A stretch of 64,000 bases of DNA from an uncultured Bdellovibrionales bacterium (lineage in GTDB: Bacteria; Patescibacteriota; Minisyncoccia; Moranbacterales; UBA1568), in assembly GCA_964543815.1 (NCBI GenBank), contig CAZIZG010000007.1:2781-66780 (forward strand), written 5' to 3'. Every line of letters starts with the position of its first letter. Positions within the stretch are counted from its first letter, which is position 1. This document shows positions 38,250-48,268 of the stretch, in pieces. The position numbers and the translations under genes are program-made. The notes under the pieces are model-generated. The model saw nothing but the letters and a program-made list of their open reading frames with translations. It did not search any database and was not told the origin of the DNA.

Positions 38250-39863
38250 TTACATTTTTTCCGGCGCACTGATACCCATAAGGGTCAGGGTCTCGGCCAA
38301 TACAATTTTCGTAGCCTGAACCAACTGCAAACGGGCAATGGTAAGTTCTTTTGCTTCCGTATCAATGACACGACAGGCATCGTAGAACGAGTGGAATTTG
38401 TCAGCCAATTTCATCGCGTACTGAGGCAATTTATGGACAGAAAAATCCTGGGCCACCCCTTCGAGAAGTTCTGGAAAAAACATCAGCTCCCGAATAAGCT
38501 CACGTTCCTTCTCGTGAGTGAGAAGCATCAAGTCACCGCCTTCAAAAGAAACACCCTCTTCTTCGGCCTTCCGCAAGATACTCGAAAGCCTGGCATGCGC
38601 ATACTGCACATAGTAAACAGGATTCTTCTGCGAACGCTCTTCGGCCAGCCCGAGGTCAAAATTCATGTGCGTCTCCGGCGCGTACATGAGAAAGAAGAAC
38701 CGTGCCACATCATGCCCAACTTTTTCAAGAAGCTCATCAATCGTCACGACGTTCCCAGCTCGCTTACTCATCCTTACTTCGACACCGTCTTTAACAACTT
38801 TAACCAATTGCACAATCAAAAAACGAATATCCCCCGTAAAACCAAGAGCCTGTGCCACCGCTTTGAAACGAGCAATATATCCGTGATGATCAGCCCCCCA
38901 AGTCTCAATGAAAACAGTAAACCCTCGCTCCATTTTGTTCAAAATGTAGCCAGCGTCCGAAGCAAAATACGTTTTTGAACCATCACTTTTTACAAGCACC
39001 CGGTCCTTATCATCACCAAGCGCTGTCGTCCGAAGCCAGAGCGCCCCCTCTTGCTCAAAGGTCAGGTTTTTTTCTGTTAAGAGTGTAATGGCCCGATTGA
39101 CGTAGCCATCTTCAATAATTTTCTTTTCTGAAGTCCAAACATCAAAGCGTATCTGCATTAGATCTCTTATAGCTGGCTGAATATATTCTGCTAAAACAGC
39201 GGCTGACAACGGTGTGTAAGTATTTTCAATGGGCTTATCGAGAAGCTCCTTATGTTTTTTTCTTAGCTCATCGATATAACTTCCCTGATAGACAGCATCC
39301 TTATCTTTAAAGAAGCTATGAGCAAGTTTGTGAGTTTGTTCTCCAGCATCATTCACGTAATACTCGTTCGTTACTTCGTAACCTGTCTTACGTAGGACAT
39401 TGGAAAGTACATCACTATAAAATCCCCCGCGCGCATTTCCCAGATGAAGCGGCCCCGTCGGATTGGCAGAAATAAATTCGTTGTTCACTTTCACGTCCTG
39501 ACCAACAGTACTTGAACCATAGCCCGCACCATCATGCACAATTTTTTCCACCGCCCCGGCAAGCTCATTCTGCGAAAGGTAAAAATTGATATGCCCTGGC
39601 CCGGCAATTTCAATTTTTTGAAAACTTTCTCCTTCGCTCTGAGCCACTTCGGAGAGTTGATTTTTTAATAATCCAGCAATTTCAAGTGGGGATTTCTGAG
39701 CCAGCTTTGAAAGCGCTAAAGCCACATTCGTTGTATATTCCCCGAACTGCTCATCCTTGGGTCTTTCTACGCTAATCTTAGGCAACACAAAATCGGGCAA
39801 AGCTCCTTTTTCTTGGAGCGCCTGAAGTGCCATAACAATTTTCTTCTCGAGTATTTGCTTCAT
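38250..39863 (-). CDS. argS: arginine--tRNA ligase
   Basis: EFISANPTGPLHLGNAR, DKDRVLVKSDG..TY, GADHHGY, MSKRAG, YVQYAHAR; ATG at 39863. Confidence 0.97.
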   Translation of the reverse strand: MKQILEKKIVMALQALQEKGALPDFVLPKISVERPKDEQFGEYTTNVALALSKLAQKSPLEIAGLLKNQLSEVAQSEGESFQKIEIAGPGHINFYLSQNELAGAVEKIVHDGAGYGSSTVGQDVKVNNEFISANPTGPLHLGNARGGFYSDVLSNVLRKTGYEVTNEYYVNDAGEQTHKLAHSFFKDKDAVYQGSYIDELRKKHKELLDKPIENTYTPLSAAVLAEYIQPAIRDLMQIRFDVWTSEKKIIEDGYVNRAITLLTEKNLTFEQEGALWLRTTALGDDKDRVLVKSDGSKTYFASDAGYILNKMERGFTVFIETWGADHHGYIARFKAVAQALGFTGDIRFLIVQLVKVVKDGVEVRMSKRAGNVVTIDELLEKVGHDVARFFFLMYAPETHMNFDLGLAEERSQKNPVYYVQYAHARLSSILRKAEEEGVSFEGGDLMLLTHEKERELIRELMFFPELLEGVAQDFSVHKLPQYAMKLADKFHSFYDACRVIDTEAKELTIARLQLVQATKIVLAETLTLMGISAPEKM

Positions 39864-39909
39864 GTTCTTTATCCTAGCTGAAATAAGCCAAAAAGTGAAG
39901 CCTACCTTC

Positions 39910-40797
39910 CTACTTTGAAAGCAACAACGTGAAATGACTCGTAGTAGAATCACTCCGACTCCGTATCGCATCAGCCGAGTTCCCATGTCGGAGAACTTGT
40001 ACATTTGTTGCGTCATTCTTCTGGCCGATTTGGAGCAAAGTCATTATGGCCGCTGGAGAATCCAAATGATCACTCCCAAATGAAGCAATGCGACTCACAT
40101 CATATTTTCGTATCGCTTCAAGAGTCTCGGTATCCTTACGACTAGACTCTTGTTTCGGCAGATAGTGGGAAAAATCAACTGAACTAATGATGAATACCCT
40201 GTCATCCTGTACGACCTCTTGTATATTCTCCACCAGCCGGTCAATCTCGAGCGCAGTTGTATCATGTTTGAATAGAATCGGCACGACTTTGGTACCCGGT
40301 AGAAAATGGGCGATATACGGGATAATGTTGTAAATCCCGTGTTCTTGCTGAAACGTATCTTCACGAATGACTGCGCCACCTCGCCGCACCTTTTCCAATA
40401 CAGCAGCGTCCGTCTCTACTTCCCCCTGAGCCGCCTCCCATAAGAAATGAGCGGTCTGGACATGTTCCTCACCAACTTCAAAATGATTTGGTGCCAATAG
40501 CACAATAGTCTGAGGTACCGATTGACGTTTTCCTAACTGCTCAAAAAACTCTGACAAAAATTCGTGCGCAATGAGATGATGTGGGACTACCCCGCCAATG
40601 GCATTTTCAAATGACGGGAGCCGCTCTGGATAATTGGGCACGTCAAATGGCGTATCCTCCTCTGCGAGTGGCACCTGAAAAATCACCGGGAAATCAGTGG
40701 TTTCCTCTGATACAACGCTTTGGCCATCTTCTACCATTACCAGGGTAACAAGAACAAAACCAACCATTAAAATAATACCTATCATTATTCGTACCAT
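39910..40797 (-). CDS. MEMO1 / AmmeMemoRadiSam protein B family, membrane-anchored
   Basis: VVPHH, APNHF, EHGI...IPYI, VVPIL, SSVDFSHY; N-terminal TM. Confidence 0.85.
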   Translation of the reverse strand: MVRIMIGIILMVGFVLVTLVMVEDGQSVVSEETTDFPVIFQVPLAEEDTPFDVPNYPERLPSFENAIGGVVPHHLIAHEFLSEFFEQLGKRQSVPQTIVLLAPNHFEVGEEHVQTAHFLWEAAQGEVETDAAVLEKVRRGGAVIREDTFQQEHGIYNIIPYIAHFLPGTKVVPILFKHDTTALEIDRLVENIQEVVQDDRVFIISSVDFSHYLPKQESSRKDTETLEAIRKYDVSRIASFGSDHLDSPAAIMTLLQIGQKNDATNVQVLRHGNSADAIRSRSDSTTSHFTLLLSK

Positions 40798-40816
40798 CAC
40801 CGTGCGATTTCAGTCA

Positions 40817-43800
40817 TTACGGTCGCCTCATCAGAAACACAGCTGAAGCACCAGAAAAAAGTGCCAGCCCTGCAAGCAGTCGGATGAGTAACCAAATCTT
40901 CTCCTCATTAGCGGCACTCACGTCAATGAAGTTAGAATGTGCGCCGCTTTCCTTCTTCGGTGCGTCACTATAGACTGGAATGTGCATCCGAGTCGCTTCC
41001 GTATACGCATGCACCTCTGGTGTATACATGAGTTCTGCGTACGCTGGTGGCACAAAAAATTCACCGGCATTCACCACCCGGGCCAAATAGCTCGCCTCAT
41101 ATCGACGACTCTGTTCCCCATACGTGTAAAACGTTATGATAGCGCCATTCTCCGTATATTCGTCGACATATCCTCCATACCAGTATTGACTCTCAGAGAT
41201 GTTCCCTTGCTCATTCTTGAAATTCTGATTTACCGGCACCATACCAGCCGGGAGGATGTCCTCTGCCACCAATCGATCATGTTCATTCTTAACTCCAGTG
41301 ACAATGAGATGCACCCGGACCACATCACCAAGCGCTGGATCCGCTCCCGGGTCAGTTTTATTTTCGTACGTTCTTTGTATCGTAAGTCCATGACTCTCAC
41401 CGGGAAAGGTATCGGTTACCCGAGCAACATTCTGTCTGACGGATGAATACAAATCGCCCTCTCCATCATAAGAAACTTGAATTATCGAGCCCTCCTTCTT
41501 GATTGCGCTCCCGGGTACTGTATAGCTTTTATTTTCCAAAATTGAAGTCATTCTGCCGCTCTCCAGTGTTTCCCCATCTAATCGGAGACTGTATTCATAA
41601 TTGGGATTCTCCACGACATTTCGCTTTGAGAAATCAATGAGCGCCCGGATAACCTGGGCAGTCGCAAAGGTATTGGACCAGTACCCTGCTTTCCGACTAG
41701 CAGCCAATGATCGTACCATGGGCACAAGCACCTTCTGATCATACTGCGCCATCACGAGCGCCCGGATAGCAAGTGCCGTCGACGCATCTTGTGAAGCATA
41801 GTAATTGATATCCCCTCTTTCCCAATACTGGAGACCACTGTCATCAACTATTAATTTTCCCATGAGAGCATCGACGCCATTTTTAGAATTATCGTTCACC
41901 CCAATTCGGATATTCGTCATCACTGCCAAAGACAGTAACTCCGGAGTGAGTTGAGTAAAACTTGGGATGAGCTTCCCTTCTTGTACCTCATCTTTACTCA
42001 CAAGCATGCCCAGAAGAGACTTGGCGTAAGCGAGCGAAACCAGTGGTATGAAGTCGTTCTCTCCAGTATTAACGCTGTATGGCAAGGCGGCTGTTTTTTG
42101 ACGACCCTTCACCGCCTCGCTAGAAGCATTCTCGACATACGTTCTCGCTTTGGCAAGCATGATGGCAATATCATCTGGAAGTATTCCAAGCGAGCGAGCC
42201 TCAATCAGATACTCGATGACATAGCTGGTAATATAGGGATTACTTTCGCCGCCGTTCCAAAACCCCCAGGCTCCCTGATCATTCTGAAGTTCCTTCAAAT
42301 GACGGATACCGACCTCGAGCATTTTCGTCGTCTCTTTCCCTTCAAGGGCCTTGGCAAAAATTCCTCTCTCTCGACTCGCAATCACTAACGGAACAAAACG
42401 ACTCGTCGTCTGCTCAACACAGCCGTAAGGATAATCAATGAGACCTCGCATAGCAGTTGGAATTGTTCCGAGAAGCGATGGTGACACGTCAACCGTAATA
42501 TCCGTCCGTGACCGATCGGCATCGTCAGGAAGAAGAATGTGATACTCCGCATTACCATCCAAAGCTTGCGATGACTTTTGCATAAAGCCTGGTGCCCGAA
42601 TAGGAAGCGTCCGTACAATGGCATCAGCATACTTTTCATCCCGTCCGGGAACAGTTGCTCGAACCTGGAAAGTAGCTCGTTCATTGATTGTTTCTGGTAG
42701 AAACGAGAAGACTACTTCCTCTGAGTCCATCGATGATACCGATACTGAACGTTCCGGTCCATCAGATATCACTCCGTCGGAAAAAGTACCTTTGACCAAA
42801 AAATCCAGTGACTCCTCGGTATTATTGCGAACCGTTACTTTTACCTCCACTCGATCACCAACCCGCATCAGTGTCGGAAGAGCCTCACTCACCAAAACAT
42901 TTTTAGACACCGAGATTTCTTGACGAGCCTGACCAAACTGGGTAGCTCCCGCGGTGGCAATACCAGAAATCACCCAGGTCGTGGTGTTATCAGGCAAGCG
43001 GAAGGTCACTCGTGCCCGTCCATCTTCACCAAGATGTACTCGAGGATTCCAGTAAGCAGTATCTTTGAAGACTGACCTGGTCCCATCTTTATCATTATGT
43101 ACCCAAACACCAGAAGCAAAATACGTGTGGTACCCCTCAATCGTAAGATTGTAAACTGTTGTTTTTTCCCGAACAAACGAAATATCCTTAACCGGTATAT
43201 CACGGCCCTCTCGATTACGTAGTACATCACCTATTTGAACGTCTCCTGCTGCCCCCCAAGTACCATTCACAAACAATTTGTGTTCTGGTGTGACACGAAT
43301 ATTGCCGTTCAGTATCAGGTAGCCATCAACATCAAGAGCATGTACCGCCCCAACACGAGCCTCCACTAGGGAACCATCCGCTTCGCTTTCTCGAGTCAGT
43401 ACGACATCGCCGACACGAACATCAGAAATCACCTTCATTCCACCTGGCATCAAAACAGGGGTATCACCAACAAAACATCCACCCATCTCAGCCAAATTCA
43501 ACGTAAACAGCACCCCCTCAAGGGAATGAGCAGAAACCGTACTGTGAAAGCGCTTATTCCAAAACGTTTTGAATATATCGGCAGGTGCCTGATTCAATAA
43601 CTCAAACAATGCCTTGTCGATAGCCCAGACGGCCACCTCACCCGCTACTGGTTTCCCCGATTCGTCTTTTCCAATGACTTCGAGCGATACTGTTTCTCCT
43701 GGTTCGTACTGTTTCTTATCGGAACGCAACTCAACCGCGATACGCTTGGATTCAGCACTGACTGCTATCTCTGTCGTTTCAGTCACCAACGTTGTCGGTG

Positions 43801-45943
43801 AAAACATTGTACCCGAAACAAAGATATTCGGCATATCACCCTCTTCCAGAGGAACATCGAGCGAGACCGTGTTTCCACGAAGCGCCACTACCTGTGAACG
43901 GTGTACTCCGGCTCGTTCAAATGACAACCACACATCACGATTGGTAAGTGGAGAGGTAATCAATACTTTAGCTTTCTCCTGAGGGAGATAGCTTTCTTTA
44001 TCTGTTTTGAGAGTAATGAGTGTCCCGCCGTTTTCGTCCGCTTGGTAAAACCAGCCATTTTGATCACTGGCCCAGACATACACCACACGAGAGATAGTAT
44101 TCCCTCTATCGTCCTTTCCAAAAAGAGTAAGGCTATAACTCCCCTCTTCGTCTGGTACAAAGTGCAGTGTAGCTTGCCCTTTTTCATCTGTAACTACCTC
44201 CATCTCAGTTAAATCCTTTTCAACGACCCGGTAATATGGATATTTTTCCGACGGTGAATCGTTCACCCAACGCCGATGGTGGACCTTGACCGAAAGCGTA
44301 CGTCCAGCCAAGGTAATCCCCTCCCGGTTAGCAACCAACTGAAGTACATTCTCACTCGCTTCTCCTACCCGAGTACCGTATGAGTACCCGCGTTGATATA
44401 TTGAGAAGTCTCCAGGCAAAACCAACACATTACGACTCTCATATACTGGATTTTCCTCACTATCCTTGCTGGTGATTTCAACATGGTACACTTGAGGAGA
44501 GAAATTCTGATGTGGATGAGTCGGTAAAGCTAGGTGATACTTTCCAGCAGCATCCAAAGTAATCTCGCCCTTGGTAACACTTGGCCCGTACCATCCGCCA
44601 TACCGATACTCATCATCAACAAATTCGCGATCTGGCAAATACGCGTAATCATAGTATGTCCCGGTCGTCACATTATATTCTACGGTTTTTCCAACGGTTG
44701 GTTCACCAGAAAAAAATGATCCCGAAAAATCAAGCTCGAGAGTATCACCCACAATCAGCCGATCATGTGGCGTACTAATATCCAGCCCAAACTCCGGCTT
44801 TCGGTATTGGTCGACACTGAATGTAGCGTCAGCCATACTGTAAAAATATTGGTTTCCCTTACTCAAGTTTCCATACGAAATGGAGTAGAAATACTCTCCT
44901 AGCTTGGCATCTTTCGGTACCACAAAACTACCATCTACGGCACCCGTCTCCGTGATAGTCTGGGTTTTTTCAAAAATAACTTTCTCACTCTCACCCCAGC
45001 CAGTCCAGACCTTTACTTTCGCAAGTCCCTGTGGCAACACGTATCGGGCATCATCATCCTGGCGGACGATACTCTTGTAATACACCGTATCCCCAGGTTG
45101 ATACAGCATGCGATCAGTGAAAGAGTATGACTTAGCAAGCGGAGCGTACGGCGCAAATTTTCCACCCCACCAGCCATACGACGATGTCGGCTGCGGAACA
45201 TGCGATGCGTAATTGAGCGGCACAAACGCGAGTTCCCCCTGGGAACGAACCAGAACAATATCACCCTCATCAGACTGCGGGACTCTGGCCAATCCCTGAC
45301 TATCTATACTGGAACGCCCCAACTCCTTCTTCTTTTTGTAGAACTGATATTCTGCGACATCACCACTCGTCACGTGTTTACCCGTACGGCTATCTACGGT
45401 CCAGATAACAAGATTTTTTCCTTCTTCTTTCGCTTGAGCCGCAATATTACTAGCTACGAGCAACATCTCTCCTTTTCGTCCTCCCAGGCTTCCCTCCAAA
45501 TAATAAGTCCCGGCCGTTTTGATAGGAAGAGAGACTCTTGTTCGCTCACTGCTAACAGTAACTTCAACTGACAAATCTGCTGTTTCCTTTAATGATTCCT
45601 TCTTTATTGGAAAGGGTCGCAACTTGACCGAGGAATAATTGTTGGCGTCTCTCTTTTCTGAATAAACCAGCGCATCCAAAAATTGCGTCTCAGAAATGGC
45701 ATAGAGTTTCAGATGTGCCACTCCGGCTTCGGGAGCGCCCAGCCACACGACTTGTTCTTCACTCATCGTCCGAGCCATCACACCTCCAAATTCATACCCC
45801 TTTTCATCAGCAAAAAATGCTAAAAAATCTTTTTCTGACATCTCCTGGGCTTCCACAGTCACTGATGAACCATTCAGCACCAACACACAACAAAAAATCC
45901 CAACGCCAAGCAGGGACCGAAAAATATTTTTATTCCAAAACAT
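40817..45943 (-). CDS. alpha-2-macroglobulin family protein with an internal Hint domain and C-terminal TM anchor
   Basis: Signal peptide; MG motifs FTDRMLYQPGDTV, YRKPEF, DTAYWNP...LPDNTTTW; thioester YPYGCVEQ; C-terminal ARVVNAGEF.VPPA.AELMY.PE; terminal TM followed by RRP. Confidence 0.93.
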   Translation of the reverse strand: MFWNKNIFRSLLGVGIFCCVLVLNGSSVTVEAQEMSEKDFLAFFADEKGYEFGGVMARTMSEEQVVWLGAPEAGVAHLKLYAISETQFLDALVYSEKRDANNYSSVKLRPFPIKKESLKETADLSVEVTVSSERTRVSLPIKTAGTYYLEGSLGGRKGEMLLVASNIAAQAKEEGKNLVIWTVDSRTGKHVTSGDVAEYQFYKKKKELGRSSIDSQGLARVPQSDEGDIVLVRSQGELAFVPLNYASHVPQPTSSYGWWGGKFAPYAPLAKSYSFTDRMLYQPGDTVYYKSIVRQDDDARYVLPQGLAKVKVWTGWGESEKVIFEKTQTITETGAVDGSFVVPKDAKLGEYFYSISYGNLSKGNQYFYSMADATFSVDQYRKPEFGLDISTPHDRLIVGDTLELDFSGSFFSGEPTVGKTVEYNVTTGTYYDYAYLPDREFVDDEYRYGGWYGPSVTKGEITLDAAGKYHLALPTHPHQNFSPQVYHVEITSKDSEENPVYESRNVLVLPGDFSIYQRGYSYGTRVGEASENVLQLVANREGITLAGRTLSVKVHHRRWVNDSPSEKYPYYRVVEKDLTEMEVVTDEKGQATLHFVPDEEGSYSLTLFGKDDRGNTISRVVYVWASDQNGWFYQADENGGTLITLKTDKESYLPQEKAKVLITSPLTNRDVWLSFERAGVHRSQVVALRGNTVSLDVPLEEGDMPNIFVSGTMFSPTTLVTETTEIAVSAESKRIAVELRSDKKQYEPGETVSLEVIGKDESGKPVAGEVAVWAIDKALFELLNQAPADIFKTFWNKRFHSTVSAHSLEGVLFTLNLAEMGGCFVGDTPVLMPGGMKVISDVRVGDVVLTRESEADGSLVEARVGAVHALDVDGYLILNGNIRVTPEHKLFVNGTWGAAGDVQIGDVLRNREGRDIPVKDISFVREKTTVYNLTIEGYHTYFASGVWVHNDKDGTRSVFKDTAYWNPRVHLGEDGRARVTFRLPDNTTTWVISGIATAGATQFGQARQEISVSKNVLVSEALPTLMRVGDRVEVKVTVRNNTEESLDFLVKGTFSDGVISDGPERSVSVSSMDSEEVVFSFLPETINERATFQVRATVPGRDEKYADAIVRTLPIRAPGFMQKSSQALDGNAEYHILLPDDADRSRTDITVDVSPSLLGTIPTAMRGLIDYPYGCVEQTTSRFVPLVIASRERGIFAKALEGKETTKMLEVGIRHLKELQNDQGAWGFWNGGESNPYITSYVIEYLIEARSLGILPDDIAIMLAKARTYVENASSEAVKGRQKTAALPYSVNTGENDFIPLVSLAYAKSLLGMLVSKDEVQEGKLIPSFTQLTPELLSLAVMTNIRIGVNDNSKNGVDALMGKLIVDDSGLQYWERGDINYYASQDASTALAIRALVMAQYDQKVLVPMVRSLAASRKAGYWSNTFATAQVIRALIDFSKRNVVENPNYEYSLRLDGETLESGRMTSILENKSYTVPGSAIKKEGSIIQVSYDGEGDLYSSVRQNVARVTDTFPGESHGLTIQRTYENKTDPGADPALGDVVRVHLIVTGVKNEHDRLVAEDILPAGMVPVNQNFKNEQGNISESQYWYGGYVDEYTENGAIITFYTYGEQSRRYEASYLARVVNAGEFFVPPAYAELMYTPEVHAYTEATRMHIPVYSDAPKKESGAHSNFIDVSAANEEKIWLLIRLLAGLALFSGASAVFLMRRP
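43094..43477 (-). other. Hint (intein-like/BIL) autoprocessing domain, residues 823-950 of the A2M
   Basis: CFVGDTPV (block A), VTPEH (block B), VYNLTIEGYHTYFA (block F), VWVHN (block G); no endonuclease; +1 residue is Asp. Confidence 0.92.
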
Positions 45944-46000
45944 ATGGATAATGAAAGAAATACGTCCTCATTATATCAAAGAAAGTGTCTCGGGAAAACT

Positions 46001-47038
46001 CTACTGGACCACAGCAATCCTTTGCTTAAAGACATCCGGATTCTTAGAGAGAACCCTACCCTTACGACGCTTGATCTGTTCCACTTCTGGGAGCGCTGCA
46101 ATAGCCTGACACTCGACACTGCAACAGCCGGAAAGTTTTTCGTGACATAAAGCACACTGAATAAAGAGGAGGTTGCATTCGACATTGGCACAATTGGTAT
46201 AGTCATCACACATCACGCCACACTGATGACACTGCGATAATATGTCGTCGGTAATCCGCTCACCGAGTCGTTCGTCAAACACAAAGTTTTTTCCCTTAAA
46301 TTTCGACGGTAACCCTTCACGTTCTATCTGATGTTTGTAGTCGATGATACCACCATGGAGTTGGTACACATTTTTGAACCCGTGGTGCTTGAGATACGAA
46401 CTCGCTTTTTCGCAACGAATCCCGCCCGTACAATAGAGCAGTACCTTCTGATTCTCTTTGCCCTTGAGCAGTTCCTTGGCCATGGGTAGCTCCTCGCGAA
46501 ACGTATATGCCTGTGGCATAATGGCCTTTTCGAATCGCCCGATAGCCGACTCATAATTATTGCGCATATCCACTACCACTGTCTCCGGCTCATCAAGCAA
46601 CTCATTAAACTCACGCGCCGACAGGTGAGTCCCGACATTGGTAACGTCATAATCTGCCGGTTTCAGTCCATCAGCCACAATCTGTTTCTTTACTTTGATG
46701 GTCAATTTCCAGAAAGCATCGTTCTTTTGCTCCACTCCCACCTTGAAAGGTACTCCGGTAAATTCCGGTCGGGCATAAAGTTCTCTTTTAAACTGTTCAA
46801 AATACGGTTCTGGCACGCTCATCTGAGCATTTATCCCCTCTTTGGCCAGATAAATTCGGCCAAGACACCCGAAGGACCGCCACTCGGCATAAAGCTCATT
46901 GCGAAGTTTAAGCGGGTCAGCAATAACCACATAACGATAAAAGGAAATGACCCGGCGCGAAAACGACTCTTGGGCTAATTTCTTAAGAGCTTCTTCTCTG
47001 GAAAGATGATTGCGTAATGCGTGCGGGATTTCATTCAT
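46001..47038 (-). CDS. trhO: rhodanese-related tRNA U34 hydroxylase (UPF0176)
   Basis: GRIYLAKEGINAQ, DMRNNYE..IGRF, YCTGGIRCEKAS, GKNFVFDER, Cys-rich C-terminus. Confidence 0.93.
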   Translation of the reverse strand: MNEIPHALRNHLSREEALKKLAQESFSRRVISFYRYVVIADPLKLRNELYAEWRSFGCLGRIYLAKEGINAQMSVPEPYFEQFKRELYARPEFTGVPFKVGVEQKNDAFWKLTIKVKKQIVADGLKPADYDVTNVGTHLSAREFNELLDEPETVVVDMRNNYESAIGRFEKAIMPQAYTFREELPMAKELLKGKENQKVLLYCTGGIRCEKASSYLKHHGFKNVYQLHGGIIDYKHQIEREGLPSKFKGKNFVFDERLGERITDDILSQCHQCGVMCDDYTNCANVECNLLFIQCALCHEKLSGCCSVECQAIAALPEVEQIKRRKGRVLSKNPDVFKQRIAVVQ

Positions 47039-47138
47039 ACCAACCATCGTAACCCACCGTGTAGAAAATGAAAAGCCATTTTTATTTTCAGTGGCAAAAA
47101 CTTGCTTATTTGAGCCAAATGTGGGACAGTATGAACAT

Positions 47139-47588
47139 ATGACTACGATTGCTCAAAATAAGCGCGCCGGGTTTGATTATGCCCTCGAAGAACGTTTCGA
47201 GGCTGGATTAGTATTGACCGGATCTGAGGTAAAATCGGTTAAAACAGGCCATGCCAGCCTCAAAGGAGCCTATGTCACCGTGAAAGGCAATGAACTCTAC
47301 CTCACCAACGCCTTGATCCCCCGTTACAAACAAGCCCACAAGGAAACTAAACACGATGATACTAGGCCACGAAAGCTATTATTGCGCAAGAGAGAAATCG
47401 GCTCTCTCATAGGAAAATACCGTACCGAAGGCTTGACTTTAGTCCCAATTCGGTTGTATACTAAGAAGCAACTTGTGAAGCTTGAGTTCGCGGTTGGTAA
47501 AGGAAAGAAGGAATACGATCGCCGCGCAGACATCGGGCAGCAAGAAGCGAAGCGGCGCATCGCACGTGCCATGCGTAGTAAACACTAG
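47139..47588 (+). CDS. smpB: SsrA-binding protein
   Basis: NKRA.FDY...EAGLVLTGSEVKS, RKLLL, KGKKEYDRR; ATG at 47139. Confidence 0.97.
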   Translation: MTTIAQNKRAGFDYALEERFEAGLVLTGSEVKSVKTGHASLKGAYVTVKGNELYLTNALIPRYKQAHKETKHDDTRPRKLLLRKREIGSLIGKYRTEGLTLVPIRLYTKKQLVKLEFAVGKGKKEYDRRADIGQQEAKRRIARAMRSKH

Positions 47589-47593
47589 TACGT

Positions 47594-47800
47594 ATGGAAA
47601 TTGAGTCGATAGCAGGAGTTGTTGCGCTCATTTTTACCGCTATTTTCGTGTATTCGTTCTTTGATAGCTTTGACATTATCAGCATTATTCTCGATTACAC
47701 CATTCCAAAGCATGTTATTCAAAAAACACGTATTGTATTGGGAGTTCTCGCTGGTATCACGACTCTGATCTATCTCGTACTGGTAATCATGTCAAAGTAA
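47594..47800 (+). CDS. small two-TM hypothetical protein
   Basis: 68-aa hydrophobic ORF between smpB and ssrA. Confidence 0.6.
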   Translation: MEIESIAGVVALIFTAIFVYSFFDSFDIISIILDYTIPKHVIQKTRIVLGVLAGITTLIYLVLVIMSK

Positions 47801-47847
47801 CTAGACAATCACTCATCGTTACAACACCTCCGTGTTGCAGAGAGAAT

Positions 47848-48250
47848 GGGGTTGTTTAGACTCGACAGGTTGTACTTTCAAAATACGCAAGCCGACCTTG
47901 AGAACACGGTCGTAAATATCGTTCTCACGATGATAAATGCAAACTTCATCACAAAGACCAAGAACGCACTCGCGCAAGCGTTTGCTCCTTCTTTCAGTCT
48001 TGCGCTCGCCTAATTACTGGTGACGCCATGAGCATCCTGATTTTCGATAGGGAATCGTTCGTGTCATAACATCGAAACGTGCCGAGAGGATTTCTTTTTC
48101 TTTTCCTTTCTAATCGTATTGCAAAAGAATGACTCTTGAGAGGGTTTTGTTTCCTTTCGACCTCCCAACCGTACCTAAAGGCAACTACGCTTGTAGACTA
48201 TTTTGGAAAAACTTCTCTGGACATGGGTGCGATTCCCATCAACTCCACCA
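47848..48250 (+). ncRNA. ssrA: tmRNA
   Basis: 5' GGGGTTG...CTCGAC pairs with 3' CAACTCCACCA; T-arm GATTCCC; tag ORF 47939-48013 ANFITKTKNALAQAFAPSFSLALA*; next to smpB. Confidence 0.95.
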
Positions 48251-48268
48251 ATTTTTAAAACTGAAACA

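Noticed and set aside
43094-43477. Canonical mobile intein with homing endonuclease
   Set aside because: Only 128 aa, no LAGLIDADG/HNH region, +1 is Asp, and the host is an exported protein; treated as a Hint/BIL domain instead.
48215-48250. Possible tRNA gene
   Set aside because: It is the tRNA-like 3' end of tmRNA; there is no anticodon arm.
48203-48268. N-terminal extension of IF-3 from the track's TTG start
   Set aside because: It overlaps the tmRNA T-arm and acceptor stem.
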